A DNA stretch of 64,000 nucleotides from the human T2T-CHM13v2.0 reference genome, Homo sapiens: NCBI RefSeq assembly GCF_009914755.1, contig NC_060930.1, one strand, 5' to 3'. The notes beneath the pieces were generated by a model. The model saw only the letters and a program-made list of their open reading frames with translations, was not told the origin of the DNA and searched no databases. Of the stretch, positions 46,722 through 64,000 are shown piece by piece. A program made the translations under genes and the position numbers. The stretch's first letter is position 1, and each line of letters opens with the position of its first letter.

Positions 46722-47200
46722 TGGCTGAGACTGCTGTGTAACCTCCAGAGTCCACTCTCCCCTTCCTCCTTTTAATAATAGAACCCCCGGAGTTATTGCT
46801 GGTCAGGCGGCCACCTGGGAAGACTACATTTTCCAGATCCCCTACGACAAGGTCTGGTCATGAGACTAAGTTCCAGCCAATGGAATGTGATAGAAAGCAA
46901 TGACCATAATTCTGGGCATTGTCCTTTAAAAAAAGAAAATTGCTTTCTACTTCCTTTTTACCCCAACTGAATTTTGGACATGGTGGTGGTGAGCCCAACT
47001 TTGACCACGCAGCAGAGGACAACATCCCTAGAAGCTGGTGGAAGAACCACATGGAAGTAACCCAGTCCCTTGGATAAGCTTATGTACAGCTACTGTGATA
47101 GCTCTAGACCCTGCACCTCTGAACTGTTAACTGAGGCAGAAATAAACTTCTATTCTGTTTGCGTCACTGTACAGCAGTGAGCCAAAACCCTAAGTGACCA
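46722..47200 (+). mobile_element. ERVL-type solo LTR (LTR33/LTR16-like) within L2-like sequence
   Basis: 'gactacatttt..tgagactaagttccagccaatggaatg' and 'aaataaacttct' motifs. Confidence 0.55.
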
Positions 47201-49094
47201 CTCACTTGGCTGCCCCACAGAGAAGGGACTAAGGAGGCAAGAGGAACATGGGGAGGTTGGTCCGGAGGCTTTTGCCGTGGACCAGGGGAGAGCTAAAGAT
47301 GGCCTGAACTAAGGTGGTGGCAGTAGGGAGAAAAAGAGAGAAGCAATACATTCCAGGTATTTTAGAGACAGATTCAACTGGACATACTGGTCAAGGATAA
47401 ACAAGAACAGAGCATGGTTTGTACAGGGGGGAGAATGGTGGTGCTATCTCTGTGACAGACAGGTGGTAGGGCAGGGTGAGTGGGAAGAGGGCTATTCTGA
47501 CATGCTCAGATTCCCTTTTGTGAGTCAAAAGCCTCCTTAATACCCTGTATTAATTGATTTTTGCCTTCCTTTCACTCATTCCACAAATATTTATTAAGTG
47601 CTTCCTAGGTACCAGGCACTCATCTAGAAGCCTCAGAACAGTTAAAAAAAAAAAAAAAAAAGAGAGAGAGAGACAAATCCCTACTTCTGTAGAGCTGACA
47701 TTCTAGCAGGGGGAAGCAGACAATAATCAATGTAGCAAATACATCATACTACGTGAGTGATACGCACCACGGGAAAAGAGAGCAGAGTGAAGGGGGATGG
47801 GAGCAGGGGCCGGTGGGGTGCAGGCTGGCTTCCTGGAGAGGGTGAGATTTGGGAAACAAATGGAATTAACAAATTGTGGCTGCTGATGACTGCTTCCAAA
47901 AGTTTGGGAAGAGTTGTGAGCTTTACTCCAGAGGAATAAGACAAGAAGTCAGAGGCACATCCCAACCCCCCGCTATGAAGCAAGTGCCCAGAGACTGGTA
48001 GCACATTTCTGGCCAAGTCCTCTAACATGCCCCTCAAAACATGTAAGTCCAAGGCGGCTTCAGAGGACAGGCAACAAAACAGACAGTGTGTCCTGACAGC
48101 TCTGCTGACAAAGGTGGCATAAAAGAGCAAATGAATGGAGCAGTAGCTGGAGTGTGGGCCAGAGGCCCATTTGGGCATATTTCCTGACATGGAAGTTCCT
48201 AGAACAGTAGAAAGGGAGAGAATCATACAGGAGAAAGAAGAGTCCTCTAAAGGTTAAAGGTTGTGAGCAGCCCAGAGAGGGTGGGTCCCGAGAGCCAGGG
48301 CAGGGCTGGCCCTGAGGAGAAGAGGCTGAAAGACTCAGGAGCCCCCATCCACAGCCACATACAGGGCCTCTGGAGGGAAGTGATCCGCCCAAGTCTCCTG
48401 GAGGACTCTTCTCACCCAAGACATCTGAAGCTGTCATGAAACAGGCAGAGCCGAGCAGTGGGGCTGCGGCAATGAGTCATGGCAAGCTCCCGGAGGGGAT
48501 GTGCCCGGTTACTAACAGAGAGCATCAAGAAAGTTCTTCACGGGGGTGTACAGCAGGAGAAGCAGGGTACAAGCATGCCACCTGATCCTGCAGGGCCTGC
48601 CCGGGTTACCAGGGCAGGATGCAGTGTCTCTCTGGGCCTCTCCTGTCACCCCAATCCCTTTAATGTCTTCTTGATGCTCCCAGCCCATAGGTTTGTCTTT
48701 CCTTTCCTATCACCTCTATCAAAAGGTCTCTTCTATTTTACACATTTTGTCCTGCTGCTTCTCCCTCTCACCTGTATTTCTATTTTATTTTAATTTTTTT
48801 GAGACAGGATCTCACTATGTTGCCCAGGCTGGTCTCAAACTCCTGGGTTCAAGCAATCTGCCTGCCTCAGCCTCCCAAAGTGCTGGAATTATAGGTGTGA
48901 ATCACCACACCAGCCTCACCTGTATTTCTCTATCAGACTTCTGGACCCTATTTTAGGTCTTTTTCTTACTATACTTTGACAGCCAAATAATCTCTGGGAA
49001 AATATTAATGCTAATTAGGGAGGTAGCTGTCCAGTTCCCACGCAGTACAATCAAACTCAAATAAGCACACAGACAAAATCTACCAATACCATTT

Positions 49095-51225
<2,131 letters not shown>

Positions 51226-52755
51226 AACCTACCAGTACCAATAACATTTCCTATACTAGTTTCAAGCTGACACCATTTTCTCTCCCTTCCCTTGACCTTA
51301 TCCCACCCCAGGGAGAGCTGCAATCTGAGTGCTCTGAGTCATTGAGGGCCAGGCTTCTGCTCTGAGGGCCACTTCTCTGGGTGCATTAGGAAAAGGCACC
51401 CCTCCGGGCAAACACAATGGATTTCAGCCCCACCACATCCTCAGCTGTGTGCCTCTGTTCCACACAGTAGGCATTCACACATGGCAGGGGCGTGAGGAGA
51501 GGAAGGAGAAGAGAAACGGGCAAAAGGAGATGCAGAAAATGACCCAGTCAAAGAGTATGACGAGAGAAATCTGAGAGAACAGAATGACATCTGGAGGAAA
51601 AGAGGGGGCCAGAGAGACATTCTGGACAAAATAAGAACAAGAGCTCAGAGCCCAGGAGTCAGGACATCTGGGCTCAAGCTGTGACCTGACACCCACCCCA
51701 TGGCCTGGGACAAACTCCTCCCACTCTCTGGACCTCAGTGACTTCATCAGTAGGGGCTGAACTGGAAGGTCTAAAATCCCTGCCAGTCCTCATTCTGTAC
51801 ATCTGAATTCACAACAATGAGGAGCAGGTGGCCGCCTCCTTCTGCAGTCTGTCCCAGTGCACATACTGCAGAGTCTGCCTTGCTATCTCTCCCTCCTAGC
51901 TATTGCCCTGCCATTAGCCTGGGACTCCACCTTCCTAGAGATCCTGGGTGGCTCTGCTGCTGACAGACAGACCCAGCCACCCTAAACAGTGCAAGTGGGG
52001 GAATACCATCAGAGAGCCCCTCCCCTCCCAGCCTATGAGAGCAGGAAGGTTGAGCCCTCTACCCCTCCAAAGGGGACTGGGCCCTCTTCAGGGTAAGTGT
52101 GATCCCCAGAGGCTCCCGGGGGGGAGGAGATGTGGTGCCATTTCAGCTTCACAGCCAGTTCTTCAGCCCCAAACCCTCCCTTTCTCACTATCAAAGCCCC
52201 CTCCTCTAGGAGGTGCCCCGAGGCCCCCTTGTCTGCTTTCCATCTTGTTCTCTGTGTGGTAATCCCATGGGCCAAAGAAAACCTGGCCATCTCTGTCTCC
52301 CTTCCCCAGTTACCCTATCTCTTCCAGATCCTCTGGGTCTTTGAGAGGAGCTGCTGGTCAGCCCTCCCTCAGCCACCCCCAACCACAACACCATAAAAAG
52401 CTTCCACCAGCTGCTAAGTGTCTGCCAATGACTTGTTAAGAGGGCTTGTGATGGCAGTGATGAGGATGGAGGATGGTAAATGATATTAATAATCTTCCCT
52501 TCCATTTTCTACTATACCATTTAGTTTTTTGAACAGTTTTGTGTAAAAAGTTTATTTTTTGAAGTGACAGCATGCCAGTTATTTCATTTTATGCTCATGC
52601 AATCTACAGACTAATTGGCAGCAGTAAGGATTATCATCTCCATGTTTCAGATGACAAAACTGAGCCCCCAAGTCTTCTAAGGTCCTGCAAGTGAATGGCA
52701 GGGCTGGGACCCACCGTCCTGGTCCCTGGCGCCCTGCCCAGGGACGGCCTCTCAC

Positions 52756-52986
52756 CTGCATGAGCTCTGCAGCTGGCTGCTGCGCCTTGCCCTCCAGTTC
52801 GGAGATGACCAGGGCCAGCCGGGCAAGCTCCCCGACGCCCCGGCTCTTGAACTTCTCCCTGCCCTCCGTGAGCTCCTGCTCCAGCTTCGCCAGCTGTTCC
52901 AGCAGGTGTTCCTCCCGCTCCCTCAGGAACTGATGACCCTGCTCAAACTCAGCCACAATGTACTGCCTCTGGTCCTGGAGCTTCTT
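52756..52986 (-). CDS. TRIM26: TRIM26 231-bp coiled-coil exon
   Basis: ctgcag|AAGAAGCTC...ATGCAG|gtgaga. Confidence 0.95.
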
Positions 52987-53819
52987 CTGCAGGGGGCAGG
53001 AAGGGGAGAAGGGCTGACACCTCTGCTCAGGGTGGAGGGCCCAGTGCTGGAGGTGTGCAAGGCTGGCTCGTTCACCTCGCTACCCCCGTTCAGGAATTCT
53101 ACAGGATCTGGAGTGGGAGGAGCTACAGAGGGTTCCTGGTCCACACTCCGCTTCTCAAAGAAGACTCCAGTAATGAATTAGTTCAGTTCACCCCACCACT
53201 ATATGGTCAAAACCCTGTCTCCACCTGACTGGTCAGCCACAATCTGTTCTAGCTAAACCAGTACGCTCTGGGGCCCCTAGAGAAACTCTGTGGGTCTCAC
53301 TCATGAGCCGACGCACTTTTCCCTCCTGGACAAAATCTGTCACCTCTTCCAGGAAGTTTTGCTTGATTAATGTCATCTAAGCCTGACCAGCCCTCTCTTC
53401 AGCACCCCACTGTTCAGTCTAAAATATCTATATGTACCCCACCCCTGCCATGTAAGACTGCATCCTGTTTCCTCAGCAAAATTGTGTGACGTCTGTGCTT
53501 AGGGACTATGTCCTTTCCTGCCTCCAAATCTCCTCCCCAGCTGGGGTTGGGGGAGTCCTCAGTGGCCCTGTTGACTGGTGCTGAGCTGGGGGCAGCCATG
53601 CACACTGAGGGCCTGGAGGGGTCCTTGGACTTGGCTGTCTCTAGCTTACTGTTTCCCTCTCCCTAGGCCTAATGACTCACCACTGGCCCTGACCCCACTA
53701 CTCCTCCACTGCCCACTTCCTCAACATACACAGTTCCCCAGAAAATCAGAACCATTTGATCAGTTCCCCCCAACCCCATCTCTAATCAAGTACATAATGT
53801 GCTGCCTGTTTTCTAACTA

Positions 53820-54154
53820 CAGTTGTCCCTTGGTATCAGTGGGTGATGGGTTCCAGGATCTCCCTCCCCAAGGATACCAAAATCCAAGGATGCTCAAGTT
53901 CTTATGTAAAATGGAATAATAGTTACATAAAATCTACTATATACTTTAAATTATCACTAGATTACTTATAATGCCTAATATAATGTAAATGCTATATAAA
54001 TAGCTGTTACACTGAATTGTTTAGAGAATAATGACAAGAAAAAAAATCTGTACATGTTCAGTAGAGACGCTTTTTCTTTTTTCTGAATATTTCTGATCCA
54101 TGGTTGGGTAAATTCGCCGCTACGGAACCCACAGATATGGAGGAGGTCCCACTG
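53820..54154. mobile_element. MER2 (Tigger family) DNA transposon
   Basis: ta|cagttgtcccttggtatc...gatatggagg..cactg|ta; inverted termini and TA duplication. Confidence 0.85.
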
Positions 54155-54668
54155 TACTGGCAACCATGATCCTGGGCCTGGACCTCACTACATACAGTGC
54201 CATCAGAATTGGCAGACCTGCCTTAGCTGTTTTCTAGCCCTTCCCTCTCAGTTCTTACCCTGGAGCCAGCTCCCTCCTTCTAAACCCTCTCCACTCTCAG
54301 GCAACCTTGTCTCTCTCTCTCTCTTTGAAAGGAAGAATGAAGCCACACCTTCTTCAGTCCCCTGGCAGAAGAGAACCAGCAGCTGGACATGGGCCCTGCC
54401 TTCAAGGTGACAGTCACAGAAAACGGAAGGGACTCTAGCTGACATCCAGGCAGCCCACTTGTCTCTCAGACAAGAAACAGGCCCAAGACTACACGGCTCA
54501 GAAAGACAGCACTTGGGCTAAAACCCAGGTCTGCTACTGCCAGGCTGACACCCATCCTCCCTGTGAGCAGCGCCTAGAAACACCTCCCAGCTGCCGCCTA
54601 CTTGCCCAGGCTCACCCTGCCCTACACGGGCGCACCGCCTCAGGGCTTCCTGAAACAGCCTCACTTAC

Positions 54669-54764
54669 CAGCGCGGCCAGGATATCAGCTTCTCCCTTTG
54701 CCTGGAAGCCCTGAATTTTGTCTCTGTCCCTCCTTAGGGTACTCAGGTGGTTCAGGATTTTTTC
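54669..54764 (-). CDS. TRIM26: TRIM26 96-bp coding exon
   Basis: ccacag|GAAAAAATC...GCGCTG|gtaagt. Confidence 0.95.
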
Positions 54765-54905
54765 CTGTGGAAAAACAAGCAGTGGCAACAGGTGGATGCT
54801 CTGGGCTGGGGCAGGAAGGGAGACTCAGGCTGAGTCCTCTGAGGACTGCAAGGTGGAGCATCCAGAGAAGGTGGCAAGGCACCCTCGGGGGTGAAGAGGG
54901 CTTAC

Positions 54906-55343
54906 CCTGTGGGGCTGGGCGGCCTTCTCCATGAGGACGGCCGTGTGGGGCCTGTGCTCCCGGGACTCCCGGCACATCACGCACAGCAGCTTCCCGTCGT
55001 CCTCACAGTAGTAGTGCAGCTTCTCTCGGTGTCGCTCGCACAACTTTGCATCCTGCTGCTCCCGGGTCACCTCTCCCGGCTGCCTGCCCTTGTCCACCTT
55101 CAGCCGCTCAATGTTCTCCACCAGGCTGGCCAGTTGCCACACGGGTCGGATGTTCTCCTTCTTAAAAGGCTTCTTGCAGAGTGGGCAGACGGGGCGGCTC
55201 CCTGAGATGGGGCGGACGTCTGTGGTGCAGCTGCGGCAGAAGACGTGGCCACAGTCAATGGTCACAGGGTCCCGCAGGTAATCAAGACAGATGGAGCAGG
55301 TCACCTCCTCTTCCAGGCTCCGTAGTGGGGCTGACGTGGCCAT
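54906..55343 (-). CDS. TRIM26: TRIM26 first coding exon (RING + B-box 2); exon probably starts at 55393 with 50 nt of UTR
   Basis: [19 protein letters not shown]...; donor AGG|gtaagc; 438 bp. Confidence 0.97.
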
Positions 55344-55699
55344 GGTATCCTTAGTTCAGAGAGGTCTCCGTTCACTGGTGAGGACTTCTTCTCCTTGAAG
55401 ACGCGACATAGAGTCAGGAGCAAGCACAGTAAAGGGGCAAAGGTGGCAGCCTGCACAGGGCTGCCAGCTCCAGCACTCAGTCAATCGACAGACACCACCA
55501 GCTCCTACAAGGTTCACACAATGTCAACGAGAAGAGGACCTTATAGATCTAGTCCAACTTCCTCATTGTACAGATAAGGATATGGAAACCCAGAAAGATT
55601 AGCTTGGTAGAGTGAAGAGCAGGACAGCCACTAGCCTATACCTTGCTGTTGGGAGAGCCTCAACACCCTTTCCTTCTATCTGTTGGAAAATCGCTGTAA

Positions 55700-56570
<871 letters not shown>

Positions 56571-57274
56571 ACTGAGGTTCTTTACCAAAACTCGAGAAGC
56601 ATCAGGAAGCTTCAGGAGTCTGACTGTCAGCATTTCCCTTTGTGAGTATTTCCCTGGGCTGTTCTATAGTTTGGGTTTAATTTGCTTCCCCTAGAAGGCT
56701 GGACTCTAAACACAGCCCTCCAGAGGAGCACAGCTTAGCCTCAGTGGACTTGTTCTTGGCTGTAACTGCCTCGTCTAGATGGCAGGAATCCTCAGGTGGC
56801 TGTGGCTGCTATGTGCTGTGAGGCCTTGGCTTGTACAGGGAGCGGGGACACACAGAAAGGACTCTGCTTCTGTTTACCTTTGTAGTCCTGACCCAGTTCC
56901 AGGCTGAGGTTATGAGCCTCAGCACATCTAACCCAAGAGCAGCCTCCTGCCCCTGACTCTGTGTGACAATACAGAAGTCACTTAAGTACTGAGCCTCAGT
57001 GTATCCATCTGTAAAATGGGAAGAGTGATACTTACCTTTAAGGGTTTCTAAGCAGGTCATGTGAAAGAATTATGGGAAAAGTGCTAAGCACAAGCCTGGT
57101 ACACAGACGGAAATCTAGGAGAGAACCCACAACCCCTGGTTTCCAAATCCAGTGAGTGTCCAAACCACAAACAAAGAGTTAAATTCAAAAGTGGCAGCAA
57201 AAGAGGAAGTGAGCAGAACCAGCCACAGTGACACACGTGCTACAGAGTTCAACAACATCGTCACAGGGCAGTAC

Positions 57275-57378
57275 CTGGAGGACTTGCTCTCCTATAGATC
57301 CATGGAAGGCAACTACAGCAGCGCTGGGAAGACAACCAGCAGGGCACAGAGGTGACTGCGAGGCTGGAATGAAGCAAC
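57275..57378 (-). other. TRIM26: Probable TRIM26 non-coding 5'UTR exon (104 bp)
   Basis: attcag|GTTGCTTC...CTCCAG|gtactg in non-repeat sequence upstream of the coding exon. Confidence 0.65.
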
Positions 57379-57803
57379 CTGAATTACAGGCAAATCAATA
57401 CTATTAATGATTATGTATGGTGAAAGTCCATCACAACAGAGTTCAGTGGCCTCTGTCAGTAGTGACATTAATGGGACAGAAATAAAACCCCCAGTCTATA
57501 AGACCCAAGAGTAAACAAAACAGGGATATAACGTCCACTCATTGAGGGTCTAGTACAATAATACATAAAAAGTGTTTTATAACGTAAAAGGACTACATAA
57601 ATATAAGAGATTCTTATAGTGCTGATAATAAATTCCAACTGGAAGCACTAATGGATCTAGGTATGTGTGACTTTAAGAGACATAATGAGGGGAAAATCAA
57701 GCACCTTCAAAGCTCAAATGAAGGATTCAAGGAATTTAACTGTCAAGTGAAAGTAATATCAAGTTCCTACATGTTAGTAATGCTGGTAGAAATGCTAGGA
57801 ATT

Positions 57804-58103
57804 GGCCGGGCACGGTGGCTCACACCTGTAATCCCAACACTTTGGGAGGCCGAGGCAGGTGAATCACAATGTCAGGAGATTGAGACCATCCTGGCTAACA
57901 CGGTGAAACCCCATCTCTACTAAAAATACAAAAATTATCCAGGTGTGGTAGCATGCACCTGTAGTCCCAGCTACTCAGGAGGCTGAGGCAGGAGAATCAA
58001 TCACCTCAACCCGGGAGGCAGAGGTTGCAGTGAGCCGAGATCGTGCCATTGCACTCCAGCCTGGGTGACAGAGTGAGACTCCATCTCAAAAAAAAAAAAA
58101 GAA
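57804..58103 (+). mobile_element. Alu SINE
   Basis: TSD agaaatgctaggaatt on both sides. Confidence 0.93.
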
Positions 58104-59284
58104 AGAAATGCTAGGAATTGCCTGGTCCAACTCCTTGGCTTTACTGTTGAGGAAATAAGCCTGGCTCAGCAGTTTTTCAGTTGTAACATACTGCAAGTGT
58201 TTGGAAAGAGGAAAAAGGAGTGGTACTGGGCGTGTCTGTGGGCTTTCAAGCCCTTTATCATGCCTCTTTGCCAAATGGCCTAGAAGTTTAAAAGCTGAGG
58301 TTTTTCTTTGTTGAAGGATAGCCTGTGTTATCTTTGGGTTGGGAACTTATTTTGCAATTTACTTGCAAAATAAGAACAATAAAAGGACTATGAAGAGCTC
58401 AGCTACAGCTCTTCTTCCATGCAAAACAGGACACCTCATCACCCAGGCTCCATGCTGGGGTTTGATGGTCTCTAAACCTCCTGAAACTGTCTAAAAATTA
58501 TTGCATATGTACTAGATACCTAAAATTGTCTGGGGATTACAGAAGAATAACCTTCTGTAAGATTAATCAGCAAATAAGTAGAAGAGGGATAACAGAATTA
58601 GAAAATCATTTTGCGACTGCCATTATAATAGCACAAGGATCATCAATAGATGCTAAAACTATTAGGTGAAAAGTTTTGGGGGATGAGATAGTACCCATGG
58701 TGCCAAAGCACCAATGAATGGATTACTTCCTGACATACCTTCATAAGGAAGAGATCCAGTGGTTATCTTAACTAAGTGACCAAATCCAGCGTCATCAGCA
58801 GACGGGGCAAAGTGGCATGTGCTTTCTGGCATGGCACTATATGAATCACACAACATTACCTATGAAGTGTTTGTGCCAAAAATGTTTGACTTGAATGAAT
58901 CTAGTCAAGACTTTAGATCTAACTTCCAGTTTATAAAAAATATAAAGGAAAGGAATACTCTGAAGTATGTTATAACTGAAAAAGTACCGATGGAGGAATT
59001 AAACCACACCATAAGGAAAGAACCAGATAAATCCAGAATGCTGGACATTGCACATGGCAACTGGCCTAGTCTTTTAAAAAGTCAATGTCATAAAAAAAAA
59101 CCTTCGAAAGAACTGCTTTTGATTTTTACAGACTAAAGAGAAATAATAACCAAATGCAATACGTGAACCTTGATTGGATCCTGTAAAAAGAAAAAAAAGG
59201 TTATAAAAATAGTCTTGGAACTATTGTGGGAAATTTGTAAGTAGGCTGGGTGTTAGATCATATTAAAAAATTATTTCCTCTCTT

Positions 59285-59996
<712 letters not shown>

Positions 59997-60895
59997 TAGA
60001 GCTCCATGTCTCCCACCTAATTTGAAATGGTTCCTTTCTTTTTTTTTTTTTTGAGACAGGGTCTTACTCTGTCCCCCGAGTGCAGTGGAACTATCTTGGC
60101 TCACTGCAAAGCAAAATAAAAAGCTAGAAAAGTTTTCTGGGGAGGGAGCTACAGTTTTCTATCACATTCTTAAAGAGGTCTGTAGTAACCATCAAAAATG
60201 GTTAAATCACTGATACAGAGATCATGGTGCTTGACACCTTGTAGAAGCTCAATACACATTTACTGAACAAGTGAATGGATTCAGGGGAATTGCAGACAAT
60301 GTTAGTTGTATAGAACCATTTGTTTTTGAGAGTCTGCCATAACTAGATAAATGAAACACAGTACCACTTCTATGACCAATCCCTCCCCTTGCTTATACAG
60401 ACTCCTTCTGAGGAAACTGAGGCTCAGCAGGGTTAAGCAACTTGCCCAAGAGCACATGGCTAGGAAGCAGTGTCTGGTGCCAAGGCCTCTGCTCAATCCA
60501 CTACACTCTCTTCCCTACCCAGGCACACTGTAAAATGGGGTCTAATACCAGCTCCTTTGTTAGGAAGCTCAGATGAGGTCATCTACATGGAAGGGCTTTG
60601 TAAGCGGAGTAATGCTGACAAAAGAAAGGGGGCATATATTCTGCTGATACTGACCAAAAGCACCCTAGCCTTAGCTATGACAAACTTTCACATATGGGGT
60701 GAGCAATAAAGTGTCCCTGTTGGACAGTAGTTTTCCTTCTTAGTGATAGAGGATCTCAAGATTTCAGAATTAGGAGAAATGAGGTTGAGTATGAGAGATG
60801 TGAGCAGACCAGAATAACCGCTCCCCTTCCCCATACACAATTCTGTCCGGTCCAATGCAAAATTCACCCTCTCCAAAAACTCTTCCCCAACTTAC

Positions 60896-61005
60896 CGCAC
60901 CCTGCTATGGTTCTGCCCTTTTATGCCGTCAGTATATTCTCTGTGATCTCAACAGGTTTCCACAATAAGAGGTAAAACCATTACCCTTCTCTCCATTCCT
61001 GACTC
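60896..61005 (-). other. TRIM26: Probable TRIM26 non-coding 5'UTR exon (110 bp)
   Basis: tttctgtctgcccag|GAGTCAGG...GGTGCG|gtaagt; strong consensus sites; the TRIM26 promoter appears to lie beyond the window. Confidence 0.6.
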
Positions 61006-61186
61006 CTGGGCAGACAGAAACCAAAATCAGAGCCAAAAAAAAAAAACCTCAGAGATGACCCACTCCACCCCCACTCCCTTTACTCAGATGAGAATTCTGA
61101 ACCTGAAGAAGTCACTTCATGAACTCCCTTGCACCAGAGGTCACACATCCCTGCTGGGGGTGAGGGGGTATTTTTCTGTCTCTTCA

Positions 61187-61500
<314 letters not shown>

Positions 61501-61794
61501 AATAAACCAGAAGCTAGCTGCAATTCTATAGAACCAGGAAGATGCAACAAACAAGCCCTGCAATGTCCTGGTACCCTCCTCACAGGCAGAACTGCAGACA
61601 CTCCCTACCTTTCTCTAAGAGGTTCCCTTTTCCCTGAAATCCACCCCTCCCCTATAAGTCTCTGGATCTCATAAATACCTAATCTGCATATGTCAACAGA
61701 CTGGTCAAGGTGACACCATGTAATTTCAAGATGTGGATGCATGCACGATTATTGGCTCCAAGAATAATCACTATGAGCTACAAAAACTAGCTGA

Positions 61795-62085
61795 AAGCCG
61801 GGCACGGGGGCTTGTGCCTGTAATTCCAGCACTGTGGGAGGCTAAGGCAGGAGGACTGCCTGAGCCCAGGAGTTTGAGACCAGCCTGGGTAATATAGTGA
61901 GACATTGTCTCCAAAAAAAGAAATTAGCTGAATTAGCTGGGTGCGATGGCACATGCCTATAGTTCCAGCTACTTAGGAAGTTGAGGCAGGAGGATCTCCC
62001 GAGCCCGGGAAGTTGAGGCTGCAGACAGCCATGACTGCGCCACTGCACTCCAGCCTGGGTGAAACTCTGGCCTGCCTCCGGCTCC
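61795..62085 (+). mobile_element. AluJ-like SINE
   Basis: Diverged Alu dimer with no clear tail. Confidence 0.85.
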
Positions 62086-64000
62086 TAGATGCCACCCAGA
62101 GAGGTGCCCTGGTAGACAGTGAATCCCAAATGTGGACTCTGGGGCCCAAGAAAGTAAATGGAGAGGCCTGGGTTTTCATCCTGGCCTCCAGGGTACCAGT
62201 TCAGGCCTCTCTTGAGTATCCCAAGCTGCTTCTCAAGCATATGTCTGGACCTCCAAACAAGAGCAAAGCACCTGTAATCCCAAAGCACTTAGCCTAGAGC
62301 TCCATTCCCTGTGGGTACTCCATTTAAGGGCTCCTGGGTCCCAGATTAATCCCCATATTTTAATCTGAGATAAGCAAACTCTCCATGGGGTAAACTTCCG
62401 TGAGACACCTCTAACAAACCTGGAGAGGCCAGAATTCGGGGCAAAAAGCAAGTGATCTGGATGTGCATACTAGGAGTGACTGCACCCCTACTGGCCAGGC
62501 CAAAGGCCTGGATCCCAGGCTGTCCCAGGAGATCCCAGTGACTGTGGATGATGCGTTCTTGTGGTCACACTTGGCTTACTTTCCCCACGGAGCCGAGCAT
62601 CAGTGGTGCTCTGAAGCACAGTGCAGGCCACAAAAACTACCAGGGCTCTGAACGCTAGAAATCCCCACAGGGCTCAAAGAGGGGCAGGAGGTAGCAGCCA
62701 GCTGGGAGGTGGATGAGACAAGGCGTTAAATTGCCCTGGTCTTGTGGCTGACCCACAGGGGAAAATTGAGGGTTCTTCATATTTGTGCCAGAATATCTGT
62801 CTAATGTTGAATCATGAACCAAGCTCTCTTGTCTAAAATATTCCTAAGTGTCACTTGGTGCTTTGCACCAAATATAGGAAGGAATCCTTTATCATCTTGT
62901 GGAATGGTTCAAACCTTGACTACACATCAGATTTGTAGTCTTCAAACTGGTGAGTCTTCAAAACATACCTAGACCAACTGACTTAGGATCTCCAGAGGTG
63001 GCCCAGGCTCTGGTATTAAAAAACAAACTTCCCAGGAGATTCTAAAGTCTATCCAGGACTGTGAATCACTAGAACCCCTTATTTACAGAGGAGGACAGTG
63101 AGTGCCAGAGCCTCGGACTCATTTGCCCAGCAGCAGAGCTGGCTGGCAGCAAGGCCAGCACTAGCACGAGGTGGGGTGAGGTGCACCTCCCAGCTCTGGG
63201 CTCCTTCCATTCCACCATACACTGCACTTTGGTGCCTGGAAAATGAACTCTTCCCTGCCCATATGGAGTGCTGTGGAGGGTTAGCCTCACAGGCAGAGGA
63301 AATCATCCGCCGGAGAAAGGGTAGCGGTGAATTTGAGGAGCTGACAATTGGCCACAGGTGGAGTGCAGTGAGGCGAGCAGAGGAAGGGTGGAGAAACAGG
63401 AGGGAACAGATTATGCAAGACTGTGACCCAGGTTAAGAATTTTGGACTTTATCCTAACAGCCCTGGGAAGCCATTGAGGGTTTAAGCAGCAGGATGTTGA
63501 AAGTTATTCAACAGCTAGCAGATGTTTATTAGGTGCCGACTATGTGTCAGGCACCGAGGTTACAGCAGAGAACAAAAGTGGCAAACTCCCTGTCCTACCA
63601 GAACTTACATCCAGTGACCTGAGGAATCCTTTAGAAGCTGAAATCAGATCCAACTGTGGGATCATCAAACCCTCAAGGGTTTCCTGATTTACATAAACCT
63701 CCTCTCCCCTTTGCTGCCCCAGTGCTGCAGCCACTCTGGCCTTTTGATCCTCAAACACACTCGGTCACGTGTTAAACTGCCAATCTGCCCGGGTGACCAA
63801 CCAGGTTAAACCCCTCAATGGCTTTCTGGTGCTCCAGGAATAAAGTCAAAACTCCTGTCCTTCCTTTCTTCTGTGAGGAGGCTGTCCCAGGAGATCCTAG
63901 CTGGATTCCCAGATAATCATGGCCCAGCCTGTGTCTCCAGGCTCATTTCCTGCCACTCCCCACCTCAAACTCACAGCCAAACCAAACCGCTCTCCATGCC

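Overview
Human genomic DNA that I recognise as the TRIM cluster of the MHC class I region (6p22.1). It holds the last four coding exons of TRIM40 (+), complete TRIM10 (-, 481 aa) and TRIM15 (+, 465 aa) arranged head-to-head, and the whole coding region of TRIM26 (-, 539 aa) plus two probable 5'UTR exons. All exons were assembled by hand from GT/AG boundaries and give open frames. A PAIP1 processed pseudogene, split by two nested Alus, sits in the last intron of TRIM26. The rest is Alu, L1, L2/MIR, LTR and DNA-transposon sequence; repeat subfamily names are from memory and repeat boundaries are approximate. This is a well-studied locus and I see no wholly new gene system. The most interesting pattern is three apparent routes to TRIM proteins lacking a complete PRY-SPRY domain. 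TRIM40 stops early, with a possible decayed PRY exon and an LTR-derived poly(A) signal downstream. TRIM10 has a splice donor inside its terminal exon. TRIM26 has a sense-oriented retrocopy poly(A) signal about 75 nt upstream of its PRY-SPRY exon.
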